Assembly (NCBI RefSeq): GCF_018977255.1
Contig: NW_024704742.1
Location: 101,620,001 to 101,684,000, forward strand
DNA from: Callorhinchus milii
Lineage: Eukaryota
Direction: 5' to 3'
DNA length: 64,000 nucleotides
The notes under the pieces were generated by a model. The model saw only the letters and a program-made list of their open reading frames with translations, did not search any database and was not told where the DNA came from. A program made the position numbers and the translations under genes. Positions 63,066 to 64,000 of the stretch are shown in pieces. Positions within the stretch are counted from its first letter, which is position 1; each line of letters opens with the position of its first letter.

Positions 63066-64000
63066 TTGTCACAAAAACTTGTTTTCAAATCTTTTCAATC
63101 TTTCTCTGGAATTTTATTTTCTTTAGACAGAAGGGATCTGCAGTGAAATGTCATACCAAAGTATTGAAACAATCTCTCTTTTTCAGGGAGTGTTTGTTTG
63201 ATTGGGTTTCAGAGGTTAACATTGTCAGTAGATGAATCAACAGCGGTAAGGATGGTCATCAATATGAGATTGTGTGGAATGAAAAATGTGATACTTGATG
63301 TGATAATTATATGAATTACAATTATTACACAAGATACTGTCAAAAAATTCTTTTTCATGTTACTCATTGAATTTCTTTAACTATTCATCAAGCACCAACA
63401 AAATTTTTATATTTATATAATGCCTCTCATGTCAGGAGACACCTCAAAGCGCTGCAGATAGCTAGCTGGGAGCCCAAGCCTGGGGTGGTGGGTGGAGACT
63501 GAAGGTGAAGAGGAGAAAGGGAAACTTGAAAGAAGTGTACATTATAATTTAGCACTTGCTATGTCTTCAGTTTCACCCAATACTTACCGATCATATTTTA
63601 CTATGACTCACTGACTTTATTGTTGTGGGTCTACCTATGTAACACTGTGTCAACATACATTAACATGACGCAAAACTGGGAAAAAAATCTAGTTTCTCAG
63701 TTAAACAAATACTGTCGTTTCTGTTCATTTAGTGAATTTAATTTAAGAAGCTTGCAACTGAGACCTCTAAGCAAACATTTATGCAACTGACAATATCGAT
63801 TTTAATGAAATTGTGTTAAATTCCACATGTCATAACATGTGAAGTGTGAGCAACCAGTTTCAAGTGGTAATAGATTTAAAAAGCCAGAGATACGACTGTA
63901 GTAAAAATGTGAATGCCTTTTTAAAGGCTCATTTTGAACATGTTAATTGGCTGATGACATTAATATACCTGACTAGTTTCAGATGAACAGGAACATCAAC

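Overview
Eukaryotic (vertebrate) genomic DNA. The repeat content (tRNA-headed SINEs with Deu-like cores and L2 tails, L2 and CR1 LINEs) suggests a cartilaginous fish, probably a holocephalan; this is inference from recalled repeat families. The window holds one complete protein-coding gene on the minus strand: HSD17B4 (peroxisomal multifunctional enzyme type 2 / D-bifunctional protein). I traced 24 coding exons by hand from ATG 54155 to TGA 7634 (2229 nt, 742 aa). The reading frame is continuous across all junctions, and SDR dehydrogenase, hydratase-2 and SCP2 regions plus a C-terminal AKL PTS1 are present. A CpG-island promoter lies at about 53.9-54.7 kb. The rest is intron or intergenic DNA rich in SINEs, L2/CR1/Vingi-like LINE fragments, hAT-like MITEs, a solo-LTR-like insertion and a 39-bp minisatellite. 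I found no prokaryote-type system (CRISPR, operon) and no clearly new gene system. The most interesting signals are: splice-site oddities (a GC donor, a tandem donor, a NAGNAG acceptor); a motif-dense promoter with upstream ATGs; a stem-loop swap between SINE and L2 tails; nested and inverted retroelements; a recurring palindromic repeat; and a near-perfect 84-bp hairpin. Most short ORFs in the supplied track are repeat-derived or spurious. All alignments were made by eye.
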